A stretch of DNA of 63,629 nt, filler included, from Octopus bimaculoides (GCF_001194135.2; 7 parts of 7 records of this genome joined end to end with filler, not necessarily neighbours in it), one strand, 5' to 3'; counted from the whole stretch's first letter, positions 23,573 through 36,769 are shown. Translations and numbers: made by a program. The notes: generated by a model from the letters alone, not told the origin.

Positions 23573-23680
23573 TGGGTATATCAGCCGAAACGTTGTGTTA
23601 ACAACAAACAAGATGAGGACAAATATCCGTCGAATGTAAATAATGTACATAATTCCTCATCTCTTAAATATAAAACTGTA
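23573..23680 (+). mobile_element. Penelope-like terminal fragment
   Basis: tatcagccgaaacgttgtgttaac... resembles Penelope-like pLTR ends (CCGAAACG). Pattern recognition only. Confidence 0.4.
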
Positions 23681-23854
23681 TTAAAATAATTGCTGTTCTC
23701 CTGGTTCTTTACATTCTGAATTCAAATCATGCCAAAGTGAACTTTGCCTTTCATACTTCCAGAGTAAATAAAAACACCAGAGGAGTACTGGAGCTGATTT
23801 AATTGGCTAAGCCTTCACTTCGAAATTTTCTGAGATTGTGCTTACATTAGAAAC

Positions 23855-23954
23855 AATCATCATCATCACCATCACCACCATTCATCATCATCCATCATCG
23901 TCGTCGTCGTCATCGTCGTCATCATCATCATCACCACCACCACCACCACCACCA

Positions 23955-23986
<32 letters not shown>

Positions 23987-24170
23987 CATCATCATCATCA
24001 TCCTCATCATTATCATCATCATCATTATCGTCATCATCATTATCGTCATCATCATTATCATCATCCATCCTTGTCGTCATCGTCGTCGTCATCATCGTTG
24101 TTGTCGTCATCATCGTTGTTGTCCTCCTCCTCATCATCATCATCATCACCATCACAAGCAGTATCGTCAC
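23855..24170. repeat. Degenerate (CAT/CGT/CAC)n trinucleotide tract
   Basis: Directly visible. Confidence 0.95.
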
Positions 24171-25414
24171 ATCATTGACCACCTGTTCTTAAGCTTCATT
24201 TTACACTTTATGCATGGTTATAGCATCAATTAATATTCTGAAAACCATTATTTCCCCTGCAGTTATGCTGGGATGGATAAAACCTGATGCTTTTAGAAGC
24301 ATTTTGATTGTGCTGGAGCTTAGTCTAACAGAATGATAATAAAAAGATGAGAAACATCTCATCTTTTGCACAGAAATGTTTATCCTTTAACATATTTTGT
24401 TCACAATAGATTTTATTCTTACTCTGGCATTGTACCAAAATTTAAAACTGATATATTTTACTCATAAATGTTTTATCTTAATTGTGCAAGCTAACAGAAT
24501 ACCGCAAAAAGCAGTGAGCTATTCCTCTTTTGGATGATGCCTCTATGAAAATATGAACATTTGGCTGAAAGCTTATCATAATAATGATTCAGACAATGCT
24601 TGTTACATTTATTTTTTTTTATATCAATTAACAACATTCTTTATTTAAAATAAAGAAGGAGTGAGGTGAGCCAATTCATGAAAGTAACTGACAAAAACTA
24701 AGAAATTTCCAAGGTTTGATGTGTAAAGGATGTTCCTCTATATTCCTCAAACATCAACACCCATAGCCCTACCCAGCATTACCTATAACACCCGGAAGAA
24801 GTATTCACCTCCCATCATAATTACCAAACAATTAAGATAATTATCAGAATAGCAAAAGATGTCTTCTGTACATTATATGTTCTGAAAGCTACAACTCCTC
24901 ATTTTCCAGATTGCAATTCAGTCTTCTACTCCCTAACTGCTTGCTCAGTTCCTTATCAAAATAATTAGCACTGTTTCAGATAAAGCCCAATGAGTTTGCG
25001 ATCCATTTTACACCCAATCTTACACTGCACACATACAGCAAAGCTTTCTAAAATTTCTTCTTTTGATCAGTCTAATCCAACAAAGTGATTGGTCATGATA
25101 TTGATTCTGAATTAGTATACTCTAGAATTAGCAGCTTTCCTCACTAAACTCCTCAGTTTTTTCTCTTTCTGCAAGAACTTAATTTACTTTCACTGTACAT
25201 GTACTCAACAAAACTCCTTCCAAGTTTTTCTTCTCCCTAATCTTACTATTCTCCATATATCTTCCTTTGCCAACCAGTAACTCAATAAAGTAACTGGATT
25301 GATGTTATTTTTTATATTGCCTTGCAAAACCAGTAGTCTGTTGTTCTTTTCTTTTTTGTACATTTACGACCATTTGTCTTATCTTACTAAACACAGTCTG
25401 ATGTGCATAGTATC

Positions 25415-25634
25415 TGTTGTGTCGATGCCCCCAGGCGAAGAAGTAGGATCTCCCAAGACATATAAATAGAGGTAGTCTGGCCGTGGTAGGTGTGTTGAGT
25501 GGCAGTCGAGTAGCAGTTATGTAGCGGTTGAGTAGAGATCATCCTAAGGTGCTAGATAGCAGTAGCTTGAGATATAACAGTGGTGACGAGGATGAGATGC
25601 TCACACAGCCGCTGTATAGTATTGCGAAATAACA
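25415..25634 (+). mobile_element. LTR-derived 220-bp insertion (LTR + PBS + second LTR-like end)
   Basis: TG...CA termini, 5-bp TSD GTATC (25410-25414 and 25635-25639), TATAAATA at 25461, internal LTR-like end at 25579, then PBS TGGTGACGAGGATG (25581-25594). Confidence 0.75.
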
Positions 25635-26326
25635 GTATCACTCTTCATGTTATATACAGGCATCATTGTATACTATCTAAACATCACAAACCTACACTGG
25701 GATCATAAACGTTTAGCCTCTGTCCCCTTCACAAGACACAGTCACCACATATACCAAAGAAATACTCTTGCATCACGTCCTACCTACAATTTAAACTCTC
25801 AAATGATCTATCATAGGATCCCTTATACTATATCCAAACCCCAGGAAATCCTTCAGATTTGATAAGTTGCTAATGCTCTCAAAAGCATTAGGATCTACTT
25901 TGAAGGAGTTTTGAAAACATATATAGGACATTGCTGCTGCTATACACAATTCCTAGGTTCTGTCCAAAAATTTCCTTTGGCTGTGTGTTGGTGAATGAAT
26001 CTTTGTTGTTGAGTCACAGTAACCTTTTCATTAAAAAAATTTTTTTTGCCTTTTCTACCACAGTTACAATAGTTTCTTCTGCTCTGAACTTGCCAGTTGC
26101 ATACCTCTTGATACACCTATCTCATCTCTTCTCACCAAACACATCATTAAACACTTTGTACAGACTTCCATCTTCAGTCTACTTATTTTCTTCAGTCTTC
26201 TATCTACTGAAGTTCAAATTAGACATCGTCAGCATTGATCTCTTCTGTCTGATACAGACTGCAAAGGTCATGTCGGCTGATGTTTCTCCTCATCCTGTAT
26301 TTGGAGCCTAAACGTACTGACTTTAA

Positions 26327-26548
26327 CCCTTTCATAACCAACCCGACTGAAACCACCTCTGGCTCTGTAGTACAAATGTCTTATTTTCATAAGTTCTGAA
26401 TTAGAATCTTCCACCAAACCTTAGTCACAATTTATGTTCCTAACACTAGCTGAATGATAACTAAGTTATTTTACTAAACTCTTTGTTATATTTTAAATGA
26501 ATTGAAAGAAACACAGAACATCTCAACAGAAATACAGTTACGAAAGGG
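26327..26548. mobile_element. piggyBac-type MITE
   Basis: TTAA TSD (26323-26326 and 26549-26552). TIR CCCTTTCATAAC / GTTACGAAAGGG (11/12). Confidence 0.88.
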
Positions 26549-27006
26549 TTAAATGACTGAGTTTGTCTCTAAATGGGTGACACATGCTGTTATAGCTAAC
26601 TATAGTAAGTAATTGTATTGGCAAAGTAAAACCAATGGTGTTTCATTAGTCTGCTGTACTGTCCCTTTCTCACCTAGAGTCTTAGTTATAACCGTAGAAA
26701 AAATATTTAATTATTGATTTTCATCATGTCATTATCCTCATTATTGCAATCATTGTCATCATCGTCACTGTCACCGCCACCGTCACCACCACCACCACCA
26801 CCACTACAACTACCACCNNNNNNNNNNNNNNNNNNNNNNNNNNNNNNNACCACCACCACCACCACCACCACCACCATGTGGAACAATTCTAGTATTTTGA
26901 AACTAATAATGAAAAACAAGCAGCAACAATGTTGCAAATAAAATCTGAATTCCATCCAGACTCTGACAAACAGTTCTCTTTCTTTTTGTTTTATCTAATC
27001 AAACAG

Positions 27007-27265
27007 ATGAGGTGGGCTGTGTGGACCCAGATGAATGTGAGAAAATCTGTAGCAGCAGGACTGGTTGCACCAATATTGCATATCCAAAGCTAGTGTTGAA
27101 AATAATGCCAAATGGACTAAAAGGTCTTATGTTAGCTGTGATGATGTCTGCTCTCATCTCTTCCCTTACATCTATATTCAATAGTAGCAGCACAATCTTT
27201 ACCATGGACATATGGAAACAATTCCGACCAAAAGCTTCTGACAGAGAACTTATGATTGTTGGAAG
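27007..27265 (+). CDS. SLC5 cotransporter exon, equals human SLC5A1 exons 10+11 fused
   Basis: Acceptor ...atctaatcaaacAG, donor GTAATT at 27266. 259 nt, phase 1/2. Encodes (N)[29 protein letters not shown]...[20 protein letters not shown]...ELMIVG(R). Confidence 0.96.
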
Positions 27266-27340
27266 GTAATTTTAAATGGACTTTTTATATTGTCGTCGTC
27301 GTTGTCGTCATCATCGTTGTCATTGTTGTCAACGTTGTCA

Positions 27341-27372
<32 letters not shown>

Positions 27373-27375
27373 TAA

Positions 27376-27590
27376 GACGGTGAGCTGGCAGAGTTGTTTG
27401 CACATTGAGCAAAATGCTTAGCGGTATTTTGTCTGTCTTTATATTCTGAGTTCAAATTTTGCCAAGGTCAACTTTGCCTTTCATCCTTTCGGGGGTTGAT
27501 AAATTAAGTCCGAGTGAAACACTGGGGCCGATTCAATCAACCAACTCCCTCCCCTACAATTTTAGGTCTTGTGCCTATAGTAGAAAGGAT
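27376..27590 (+). mobile_element. tRNA-derived CORE-type SINE with (TTA)n tail
   Basis: gacggtgagctggcagag...ttctgagttcaaatt...ctttgcctttcatcctttcggggg. Confidence 0.85.
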
Positions 27591-27607
27591 TATTATTATT
27601 ATTATTA

Positions 27608-27660
<53 letters not shown>

Positions 27661-27741
27661 GTTCAGTAGTTTTATTTTTATAACGTGCTTTCACTTCACT
27701 ACCGAGCGCAGCTCTATGTGCCTTATTATTATTATTATTAC

Positions 27742-27780
<39 letters not shown>

Positions 27781-28008
27781 CATCATTATTATTATTAACA
27801 CACAACAAGAGGGGTGTGATGTGATTTGTAATAGAGATTGGATCTGGTTATTGAATTGAACAATATTTCCACAATAAACAGAGTAAATCTCTATTTATTA
27901 CAAATTACATCACACCCCCCTCTTGTTGTGCATTTGCCTTCACAAAGTGTTATGTCCATCTTCATTAATTATCATTGCTGTCGCTGTTGTCATTATCATC
28001 ATCATTGT

Positions 28009-28076
<68 letters not shown>

Positions 28077-28239
28077 GAGGAGGAGGAGGAGGAGGAGGAN
28101 NNNNNNNNNNNNNNNNNNNNNNNNNNNNNNNNNNNNNNNNNNNNNNNNNNNNNNNNNNNNNNNNNNNNNNNNNNNNNNNNNNNNNNNNNNNNNNNNNNNG
28201 AGGAGGAGGGGGGCGGAACAGCAGCAGCAGCAATAGTGA

Positions 28240-29880
28240 TTTAGCTATAAGAACAAGGTCATCAGCATAGAAGAGCTCCCAGGGGCAGCCCAACTTAAAT
28301 TCCTTGGTTATTGCTTGGAGGACTATGATGAACAAGAGGGTGCTGAGAACTGGTCCTTAGTGAGTCTCTACTTGTACCCTGAATTCATTGCTATACCTGT
28401 TGCCAATACTCACCTTACTGACAGTATCCCTGTACATGGCACGTATGGTTCTCACCAACCACTCATCTATCCCTGGTTTTTGCATTGACCACCAGATAAG
28501 GGATCAAGGGGCCCTGTCAAATGCTTTCTCCATGTCAACAAAAGCCAAGTACAGAGATTTGTCTTTGGTTAGATACTTCTCCTGTCTTTGGCTAGGTACT
28601 TCTGCCTGGCACAAAACAAAACTGCATTTCATCTAGACTAACTCTCTCCCTAATTGGTTGAGCTATGACCCTCTCCATAATTCTCATCACCAGAACCAAC
28701 AATTTGATACCACTGTAATCATTTCTGTCTAAGGTACCACCTTTACCTCTGTAGCAGTTGACTTTGGGGCTGCTACAACAGTCATTGGGTATGACCTGAT
28801 TAACTATATGGGTGACTAGACCATAACCCACACTGTGAGATGTTTTAAGCATCTCAGCAGTGATTCTTGATGGGTTGGGGGCTTTCCTGGTCTTCACATC
28901 CTTCAAATCATTATGTACCATGCTACTGTCCATTTGGATTGCTTATCCATCAGTTGGACCCACATTCAGCAGACTCTCCTTCTCCCATGGGTTCTCTGCA
29001 TTTAGTAGCCTTTCATAGCGATACTTCCAAGCCTCTTTCTTTGCAGAGTCACTAACTGCAAGTGACCTATCATCCATGCAAACACACTTCTCTCCCACAC
29101 CATCGTGATTTTCCCTGGCACACTGTCTTGCAAACGGAAGCACTTCAAGCCTGTGGTCCTCATGCTGCAGAACATTGGCAAATTTCTTCCTTTCTGCTTC
29201 ACTCCTGACTAAGTTTGCCTTCTTCCTAGCTTCCCTTCGAGCTGCCTGATGTGGCTCCTTGCCACCATTAGCCTTCCAGTCCTTCCAAGCTTGTTTCTCT
29301 GATCTAAAACCTGAGTGGAACATCCACTGGCCACGTTATCTGACTGACAGAGCACTGTGAATGCCTGATGACACTCTAGGTGCCAGGTGCTCTGCCTTGG
29401 TCTATGCTTGATCCAAGACTGCCACTCCAACAAAGAGATGAGCTGTGGGAGACCATGTTCAACAAAAGTCGACTACACCAGCTCACTGTTAAGGAAGTGC
29501 TGGCGATGTTGCAGCCTCAGTGCATATCCTTACATCAGTAGCCACGGCATACCCAGCCCACCATTCAGTAAATGTTGGCAGGAAAACAGAATGCCTGACC
29601 AGTGGAATGTGTCCCTTTCACAGAAAGCAGAAGAATAAATGCTCTAATTTGGTCAGATGTATACTGGGGCAAGGCACAACAGTCAGGCAATAAAATATGA
29701 TGGAGGTGATGTATACATTCACCACCTTTGCTTGGCCTTTCAGGGATAGCTTTCTCTTGGCCCATTTCTGGGTGAGATTAGCCACCCTGTTTGTCACCTG
29801 GTCCTAGTTCTTCTCCACCTGGAGATCTGGACCAAACCAAATCCCAAGCAATTTAACCAGCCCTTCCATTCAGTGTCCCA
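28240..29880 (-). mobile_element. RTE LINE ORF2 remnant (endonuclease-linker-RT)
   Basis: KQAWKDWK...AKKEAWK..YERLLN, KAP..SRITAEMLK, LDEMQFCFVPGRST, CPWELFYADDLVLIA. Many stops and frameshifts. Confidence 0.88.
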
Positions 29881-30009
29881 AAACATTATTGAACAGCATG
29901 GACCTGCCTTTTCAGGGCCAGTGAAATAATTAATAATAAGTCTATAAGGGTCAGTTTCTCTTTATCAAAGAATCTTTTCAGAATTATATCTTCAATTAAT
30001 AACAAAAAA

Positions 30010-30600
30010 TTGAATATTTCCTATAACAATCGAAACATTAATAAAAATAATGATAATATATCTTCTTATGATAGAAGGGAAATAACCCATATTGGTTCCC
30101 CTTTTAATCAAAATAATATGAATAAGGAAAATGAAATTAATGGAAATAATATAGGTAAACATTTTATAATTAATGATGCAAATAATACTTGTAATTGTAG
30201 GATTAAAGATGAATGCAAATTTAATAATTATTGTAAGCAAGATAATCTAGTATATAGATGTATATTTGAATCAGAAGGTATAAAATACTATCATATCAGA
30301 TCAACCAAAAACCCCATAAGAAGAAGAATTGCTAACCATGCAAACAGCTTTAAAAATGAAAAATACTAGTCTAAGCAAATTTAAATGGATGTAAAGAGTC
30401 AATAATAAAAATTAAAGCTTAAATGGAAGATTATAAGACATGCCAGATCATATAAAATTTCTGATAAGAGGTGTGAGTTATGTATCGAAGAAATTTTCCA
30501 AATTCTAACTTCTAAGCATAAACTATTTAATTTCAGACAAGAGACAATTTATCTTGTATTCATTCCTCTAAATATATGTTTAGGAAGTTTAATTAGAAAA
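30010..30600 (+). mobile_element. Penelope-like element GIY-YIG endonuclease region (decayed)
   Basis: CNCRIKDECKFNNYC..NLVYRC..YYHIRST...HANSFKNEKY...LKWKII...CELCIEE, the CNC/CxLC pattern of PLE endonucleases. Confidence 0.85.
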
Positions 30601-31382
30601 AATAAAATTGAATATAATAAAACAATATATAAATATAATATAGTAAGTATAACTTGATTTAAAAGTTAAATATATAAAATACAAACAATATAAATAATAT
30701 ATAATACTAAAAAGTCTACTCAATGATAATATTGATAATTAATTTTAATTGATAAACTTAATTAATTAATTGTCTGATATAGTACATGAAATTTTAATTG
30801 AAAAATTGTAAATCTATTAAGAGCACTAATTTTGATGACATAATACACTTAATTTCTATTCATCTTGATAATACTAAAACTCTAGAGATGTTTGTATGTA
30901 CCTGAAATATCTCAGAAATAGTATATTTTATCTTATTTTTTTTTTTGCATATTTATTTACATACTTACCTTCAGCAATGCAGTACAAATTTTTGTGATAT
31001 TTGGACCTCTATTTATTAAGGAAAACAATTAAACACAATTTTTGTTTGCTATTTCTTGATGAAAAAACAACATCGCTTCCGTGACATCAACACACATACA
31101 CACATACAGAATACACACACACATATAATGAATGTCATGGCATGTCATTCAACACAAACACATGCCCCCTATCTGTGACATATACACACACATAGTCTTC
31201 GCACTTTCTAAGGAAAAAAACGTCAGTTTTTTTGGCGTACACATAATTTCAATTATTTAGAAATATTTTTAACTGAATGTGATTTCAAAAATGTAAGTTG
31301 TTTGTACCATAAGTATTTATATTTTAGCTTTCTTTAAACAGACAATATTTTAATGTATTTTTTAATTATTTTCAAGTGAATA

Positions 31383-32026
31383 GCGATCTTTTGCTTATGA
31401 TCAGGAGTTCATTAATTTCTGTAAAAAATTTTTTTTTATTTATTTTTGTTTTAAAGTGTAAGAGAGGAGAAAGTGAAAGATGCATGTATGTATGAAATGG
31501 ACACGTGTGTGTGAAAGAGAGAGAGAGAGAGAGAGAGGGGAAGAGAGTGAGGGAGAAAGAGAGAGAGAGTGAGTGAAGGGGTGTGTTATCATGTATNNNN
31601 NNNNNNNNNNNNNNNNNNNNNNNNNNNNNNNNNNNNNNNNNNNNNNNNNNNNNNNNNNNNNNNNNNNNNNNNNNNNNNNNNNNNNNNNNNNNNNNNNNNN
31701 NNNNNNNNNNNNNNNNNNNNNNNNNNNNNNNNNNNNNNNNNNNNNNNNNNNNNNNNNNNNNNNNNNNNNNNNNNNNNNNNNNNNNNNNNNNNNNNNNNNN
31801 NNNNNNNNNNNNNNNNNNNNNNNNNNNAAGTGGCACTCTTTCTCTCTCTCTCTCCCTCTCTCTCTCACACACACACATCCCTTTCATATACCCGTTCATA
31901 CATTTTTCACTTTTCCCTCTCTTTCACTTTAAAACAAAAATAAATAAATAGAAATTTTTTACAGAAATTAATGAACAAAACCAGCTGATCCGGATGACTT
32001 TTCTGAGAATCAAAGCAAAAGATCGC
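31383..32026. repeat. Long imperfect inverted repeat (foldback) spanning a gap
   Basis: 31383-31570 is the approximate reverse complement of 31846-32026 (gcgatcttttgctt..gttcattaatttctgtaaaaa / tttttacagaaattaatgaac..aagcaaaagatcgc). Confidence 0.85.
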
Positions 32027-32404
32027 CGCAAGGGAATACCATTACAAAAAAGTTTCGAGTGAATTCAACGTATCTCAGCTCCAAAGATTTGGCTGCTATT
32101 TCTAGCATGCCCTGCTACCACGTAATAGCTATTTGCAATAACGGACCCAAAATACCTGTTACGTGGTAGCAAGACCTGCAAGAAATAGCAGCCAAACCTT
32201 TCCTTTTCTGGGGAAAGGAGCCGTTTACGCATGATTTTTGATGTCATATTCATTGAAAGCCTGCAAAAATAACATGGAAAAGAAAAAAGAACCCACAAAA
32301 AATCTCTATTATTGGGAAATGCAGACTTTCCAGGAGACCCAATGGGTCAAGGGTAGTCTAGCACTAAACTAAAATTACATTCAGTGTAATCATATGTAAA
32401 TATA

Positions 32405-32790
32405 TACACACACACACACACAGATAAATATTGAAATAATAATACAAGACTAACGGATGGCTTTTATTTTCAAATAATTATACACACAAGCATGTATAAG
32501 TATTCTTATTTATATTTTATTGATAATCTTACCATCAAAAATAAAAGGTATGGATGTCTATCTAATATAGCATTTTTTTTTTTACTTTCTTTCATGTATA
32601 CATACATGAAAGATCACACACACATAGATATAATCATGATGATACAAGACTATAACAGTTGAATTCTATTTTCAAATAATTATGTGCACACACATATATA
32701 AACTGATTTGGTTTGATAAGCTTTTTACAAACATTCATACACACACGCTCATACACATAAATTAACATAGGCAATAAACATTCACATTTA
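32405..32790. repeat. Degenerate tandem duplication, period about 200 bp
   Basis: atacaagac at 32442 and 32642; tattttcaaataatta at 32465 and 32667. Confidence 0.6.
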
Positions 32791-33290
32791 TAATGGTTTT
32801 ATTTTTATTTTTTTATTCTTATTTTACCCAGATATATTTTTTATTTTTTATTTTATTTTTATTTTATTTTTATTTTATTTCATTCATTTTAGTATTTTTA
32901 TTTTTATTACCTTTTTATTTTTACTTTCATCTGTATATCTTTATCTTTGAGTATTTATTATTATTTATTATTTACTTTTTATTTTTATTTTTATATTTTA
33001 TATTTTTTTATATATCTTATTTATTATATTGAGATAAAATTATTTACACATAGACACACACAAATTAAGCATATTTTCATCTACTTAGTCTGTTGGAGAA
33101 TCTCAATTGATCAACATGTAGTTTCCTTAATGTCCATTGGCCCTGAAAATATTTTACTCTAAATATTCAAAATGCAAACTTATTTTATTCTATAGGTTTG
33201 TAATTTGTATTGGGTGTAAATTGAAACAATTGTAGGCCTTATTAAAAATGTTAATAAATTAATTCATATCTGTTAAATATCTCCATTTTC

Positions 33291-33328
<38 letters not shown>

Positions 33329-33714
33329 AATCCCAAAAAAGAACAACAACAAGCACAAAAAAAACAACAACGTGAGGACGTGGTACATGTAAAGTATTAN
33401 NNNNNNNNNNNNNNNNNNNNNNNNNNNNNNNNNNNNNNNNNNNNNNNNNNNNNNNNNNNNNNNNNNNNNNNNNNNNNNNNNNNNNNNNNNNNNNNNNNNN
33501 NNNNNNNNNNNNNNNNNNNNNNNNNNNNNNNNNNNNNNNNNNNNNNNNNNNNNNNNNNNNNNNNNNNNNNNNNNNNNNNNNNNNNNNNNNNNNNNNNNNN
33601 NNNNNNNNNNNNNNNNNNNNNNNNNNNNNNNNNNNNNNNNNNNNNNNNNNNNNNNNATATATATATATATATATAAATATACACATGCATATAGATAGAT
33701 AGATAGATATACAA

Positions 33715-33870
33715 TGGATTTCCTTTAGTTTCTATCTACCAAAATCCACTTACAAGGGCTTTGATTGGCCTGAGATTATAGTAGAAGGCACTTGCCCAAT
33801 GTGCCATGCAGTGGAACACAACCTGGAGCCATATAGTTGGGATACAAACTTCTTACCATGCAGCTATGCC
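33715..33870 (-). mobile_element. tRNA-derived SINE 5' part
   Basis: Reverse complement of the head of the 21027 family. Confidence 0.7.
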
Positions 33871-34224
33871 AGCATCCTGCATTCACTTGCTTAGCTATAA
33901 TTGTACCATTGTAGCCATCATCTAAACCAGTTACTCACTAAAACTACGTTTAAAACAATTAAGAGATCCATGACAACAGTCAACAGAATTACATTCTCCA
34001 TCTCAAGTATCAGTTGGCTAATAACTATTTTGTTGTGACACCTTAATTTCTTGTACAACATGAAACAAGAGGTAATTATTTACCTCTTGTTTTGAAACAG
34101 GAAGTAATTATTGAACAAAAAAAACCAATGAAAATCATATTAGTTATGATCATTTAATTGCATTTAGTTAATTGGATTTCTTTATCTTCATTTTGCTTCT
34201 TCCTTGTTTGTCATTTCTCTGCAG

Positions 34225-34387
34225 AGTCGCTGTACTTTTCCTAGCAGCTGTAAGTATAGTTTGGATCCCAATTGTACAGAATGTTCCCCAGATGTTCAAC
34301 TATATCCAGTCAGTAACCAGCTATTTAGCTCCTCCAGTGTGTGCCATATTTGTCTTAGGAGTATTCTGGAAACGAACAAATGAACTG
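34225..34387 (+). CDS. SLC5 cotransporter exon, equals human SLC5A1 exon 12
   Basis: Acceptor ttgtcatttctctgcAG, donor GTAAGA at 34388. 163 nt, phase 2/0. Encodes (R)VAVLFLAAVSIVWIPIVQNVPQMFNYIQSVTSYLAPPVCAIFVLGVFWKRTNEL. Confidence 0.96.
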
Positions 34388-34467
34388 GTAAGATAAAATT
34401 TTGTTTTAGATATTACATTACAGACTAGTATAGTTATAAAAATCAGGCTTTTATTTCTGCCCTCATT

Positions 34468-35605
34468 CATCATCATCATCATCATCATCATCGTTTAACG
34501 TCCGCTTTCCATGCTAGCATGGGTTGGACGATTTGACTGAGGACTGGTGAAACCGGATGGCAACACCAGGCTCCAGTCTGATTTGGCAGAGTTTCTACAG
34601 CTGGATGCCCTTCCTAACGCCAACCACTCAGAGAGTGTAGTGGGTGCTTTTACGTGTCACCCGCACGAAAACGGCCACGCTCGAAATGGTGTCTTTTATG
34701 TGCCNNNNNNNNNNNNNNNNNNNNNNNNNNNNNNNNNNNNNNNNNNNNNNNNNNNNNNNNNNNNNNNNNNNNNNNNNNNNNNNNNNNNNNNNNNNNNNNN
34801 NNNNNNNNNNNNNNNNNNNNNNNNNNNNNNNNNNNNNNNNNNNNNNNNNNNNNNNNNNNNNNNNNNNNNNNNNNNNNNNNNNNNNNNNNNNNNNNNNNNN
34901 NNNNNNNNNNNNNNNNNNNNNNNNNNNNNNNNNNNNNNNNNNNNNNNNNNNNNNNNNNNNNNNNNNNNNNNNNNNNNNNNNNNNNNNNNNNNNNNNNNNN
35001 NNNNNNNNNNNNNNNNNNNNNNNNNNNNNNNNNNNNNNNNNNNNNNNNNNNNNNNNNNNNNNNNNNNNNNNNNNNNNNNNNNNNNNNNNNNNNNNNNNNN
35101 NNNNNNNNNNNNNNNNNNNNNNNNNNNNNNNNNNNNNNNNNNNNNNNNNNNNNNNNNNNNNNNNNNNNNNNNNNNNNNNNNNNNNNNNNNNNNNNNNNNN
35201 NNNNNNNNNNNNNNNNNNNNNNNNTTCATTCCTTGCGAGCTTACGTATGTCCTCAGCAGTTACAGCCCATGTTTCACTGCCATGTAGCATGGTTGTTCGT
35301 ACGCATGCGTCATACAGTCTGCCTTTTACTCTGAGTGAGAGTCCCTTTGTCGCCAGCAGGGGTAAGAGCTCTCTAAACTTTGCCCAGGCTATTCTTATTC
35401 TAGCAGCTACACTTTCAGCGCACCCACCCCCACTACTAACTTGGTCGCCCAGATAGCGGAAGCTATCGACTACCTCTAGTTTTTCACCCTGGAATGAGAT
35501 AGAAGTTGTTTCCTGTTTGTTTGCAGTCTTTATTGCACCTGAACATCTGCCACAAACAAAAACTAACTTGCTAGTTAACCTGCCTTCACTCACTATATTC
35601 ACCTC
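34468..35605 (-). mobile_element. 5'-truncated RTE LINE with intact-looking ORF2 C-terminus (middle in gap)
   Basis: VFVCGRC...VDSFRYLGDQV...ARIRIAWAKFRELLPLL...LHGSETW open up to the gap. 3' terminus and (GAT)n tail at 34468. Confidence 0.9.
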
Positions 35606-36769
35606 TGCATCTATTTTTTATTGTTATTCTTTCCTTATACTCTATGAAAGCATCCAATCTCCCCACCCATTACCCACTCTCCCTAACCCTTCTTGTACCT
35701 GAAGAGTTTTCTCTGGCACTCCATCGCTACTTTCTTTTATCTCTTTCCAAACTACTCCCAGCCACATTTATAAATAAAAAAGAGGTTAGCCCCCGTATCA
35801 CCCCTACAACAAGACACCTACATTTGTCCCTCGGTCTTACTTTTTTAGCCTTTCAGCATCTAAGCATAAAGCCACCTTCCCCTCTCTAAAATACTCCCCC
35901 ATTTAGTAATGGGATCCTTTTCCTTTTCCTTTCTCCCTGTTCTTTTCTGTCTTGCAAGCTATGTGGCAATGATTCTAGTACTGATGGCACAACTGTAAAA
36001 CAACTAGCATTAGGAAGGCTTACAGGCATAGAAACCATACCAAACTGACATTGGAGCTTAACATGACCTTGTGGATCACCTGATTATACCAAACTATCTG
36101 CTCCATGCCAGCATGGAGCATTAAATGATGATGGGGACAATGATGGCCTTCTCACTCACACACATAGACACATACCCATACGTGTATATAACTTTTTATT
36201 TATTTTCACCTACCGACATTATGTAAATATCTGTATGTTTAAATATAAATACCTGCACATGAATGAAGGCTAATGAGTTCAAATATGCACCCACATGTGT
36301 ATACACACAGTTCTCATCATATATACATGCATCCAAATCAAGATAAGAGAGAGTGTGAGGGAGAGGGAGAGAAAGAGAGAGAGAAAGAGAGAAGTGCTAT
36401 CTGGTCTATCTTAGAGAGTTATGTTTCTGCTCACTCCTATTCAAATATGTCAGATCGGAAGAAAGCCTGTCTGTCTTCATGGGTCAAGTTGGATGAAGAG
36501 GTGGCACAGCACCCATGCAATTCAATGACCATTTATTTGCAGGCTATGATCAAGGCAAAAGGTAGTCATTTTGAAATGTAATTACTTGAAAGGATTGACA
36601 GTTTACATTAGAATGTGTGTGCCAAATTTCATTATCCTACCTTAAGTTTATTTTAAATAATTAAGAAATATGATTGGGTAAATCTTTCTGGGACACCCTG
36701 TATATATGCACACATACATAGACATGCACATCTACATAAACATATACATACATACATATATATATATCA

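Noticed and set aside
708-34387. TPC3-SLC5 read-through, fusion or conserved neighbourhood
   Set aside because: The two genes are separated by a synthetic linker, so adjacency is unproven.
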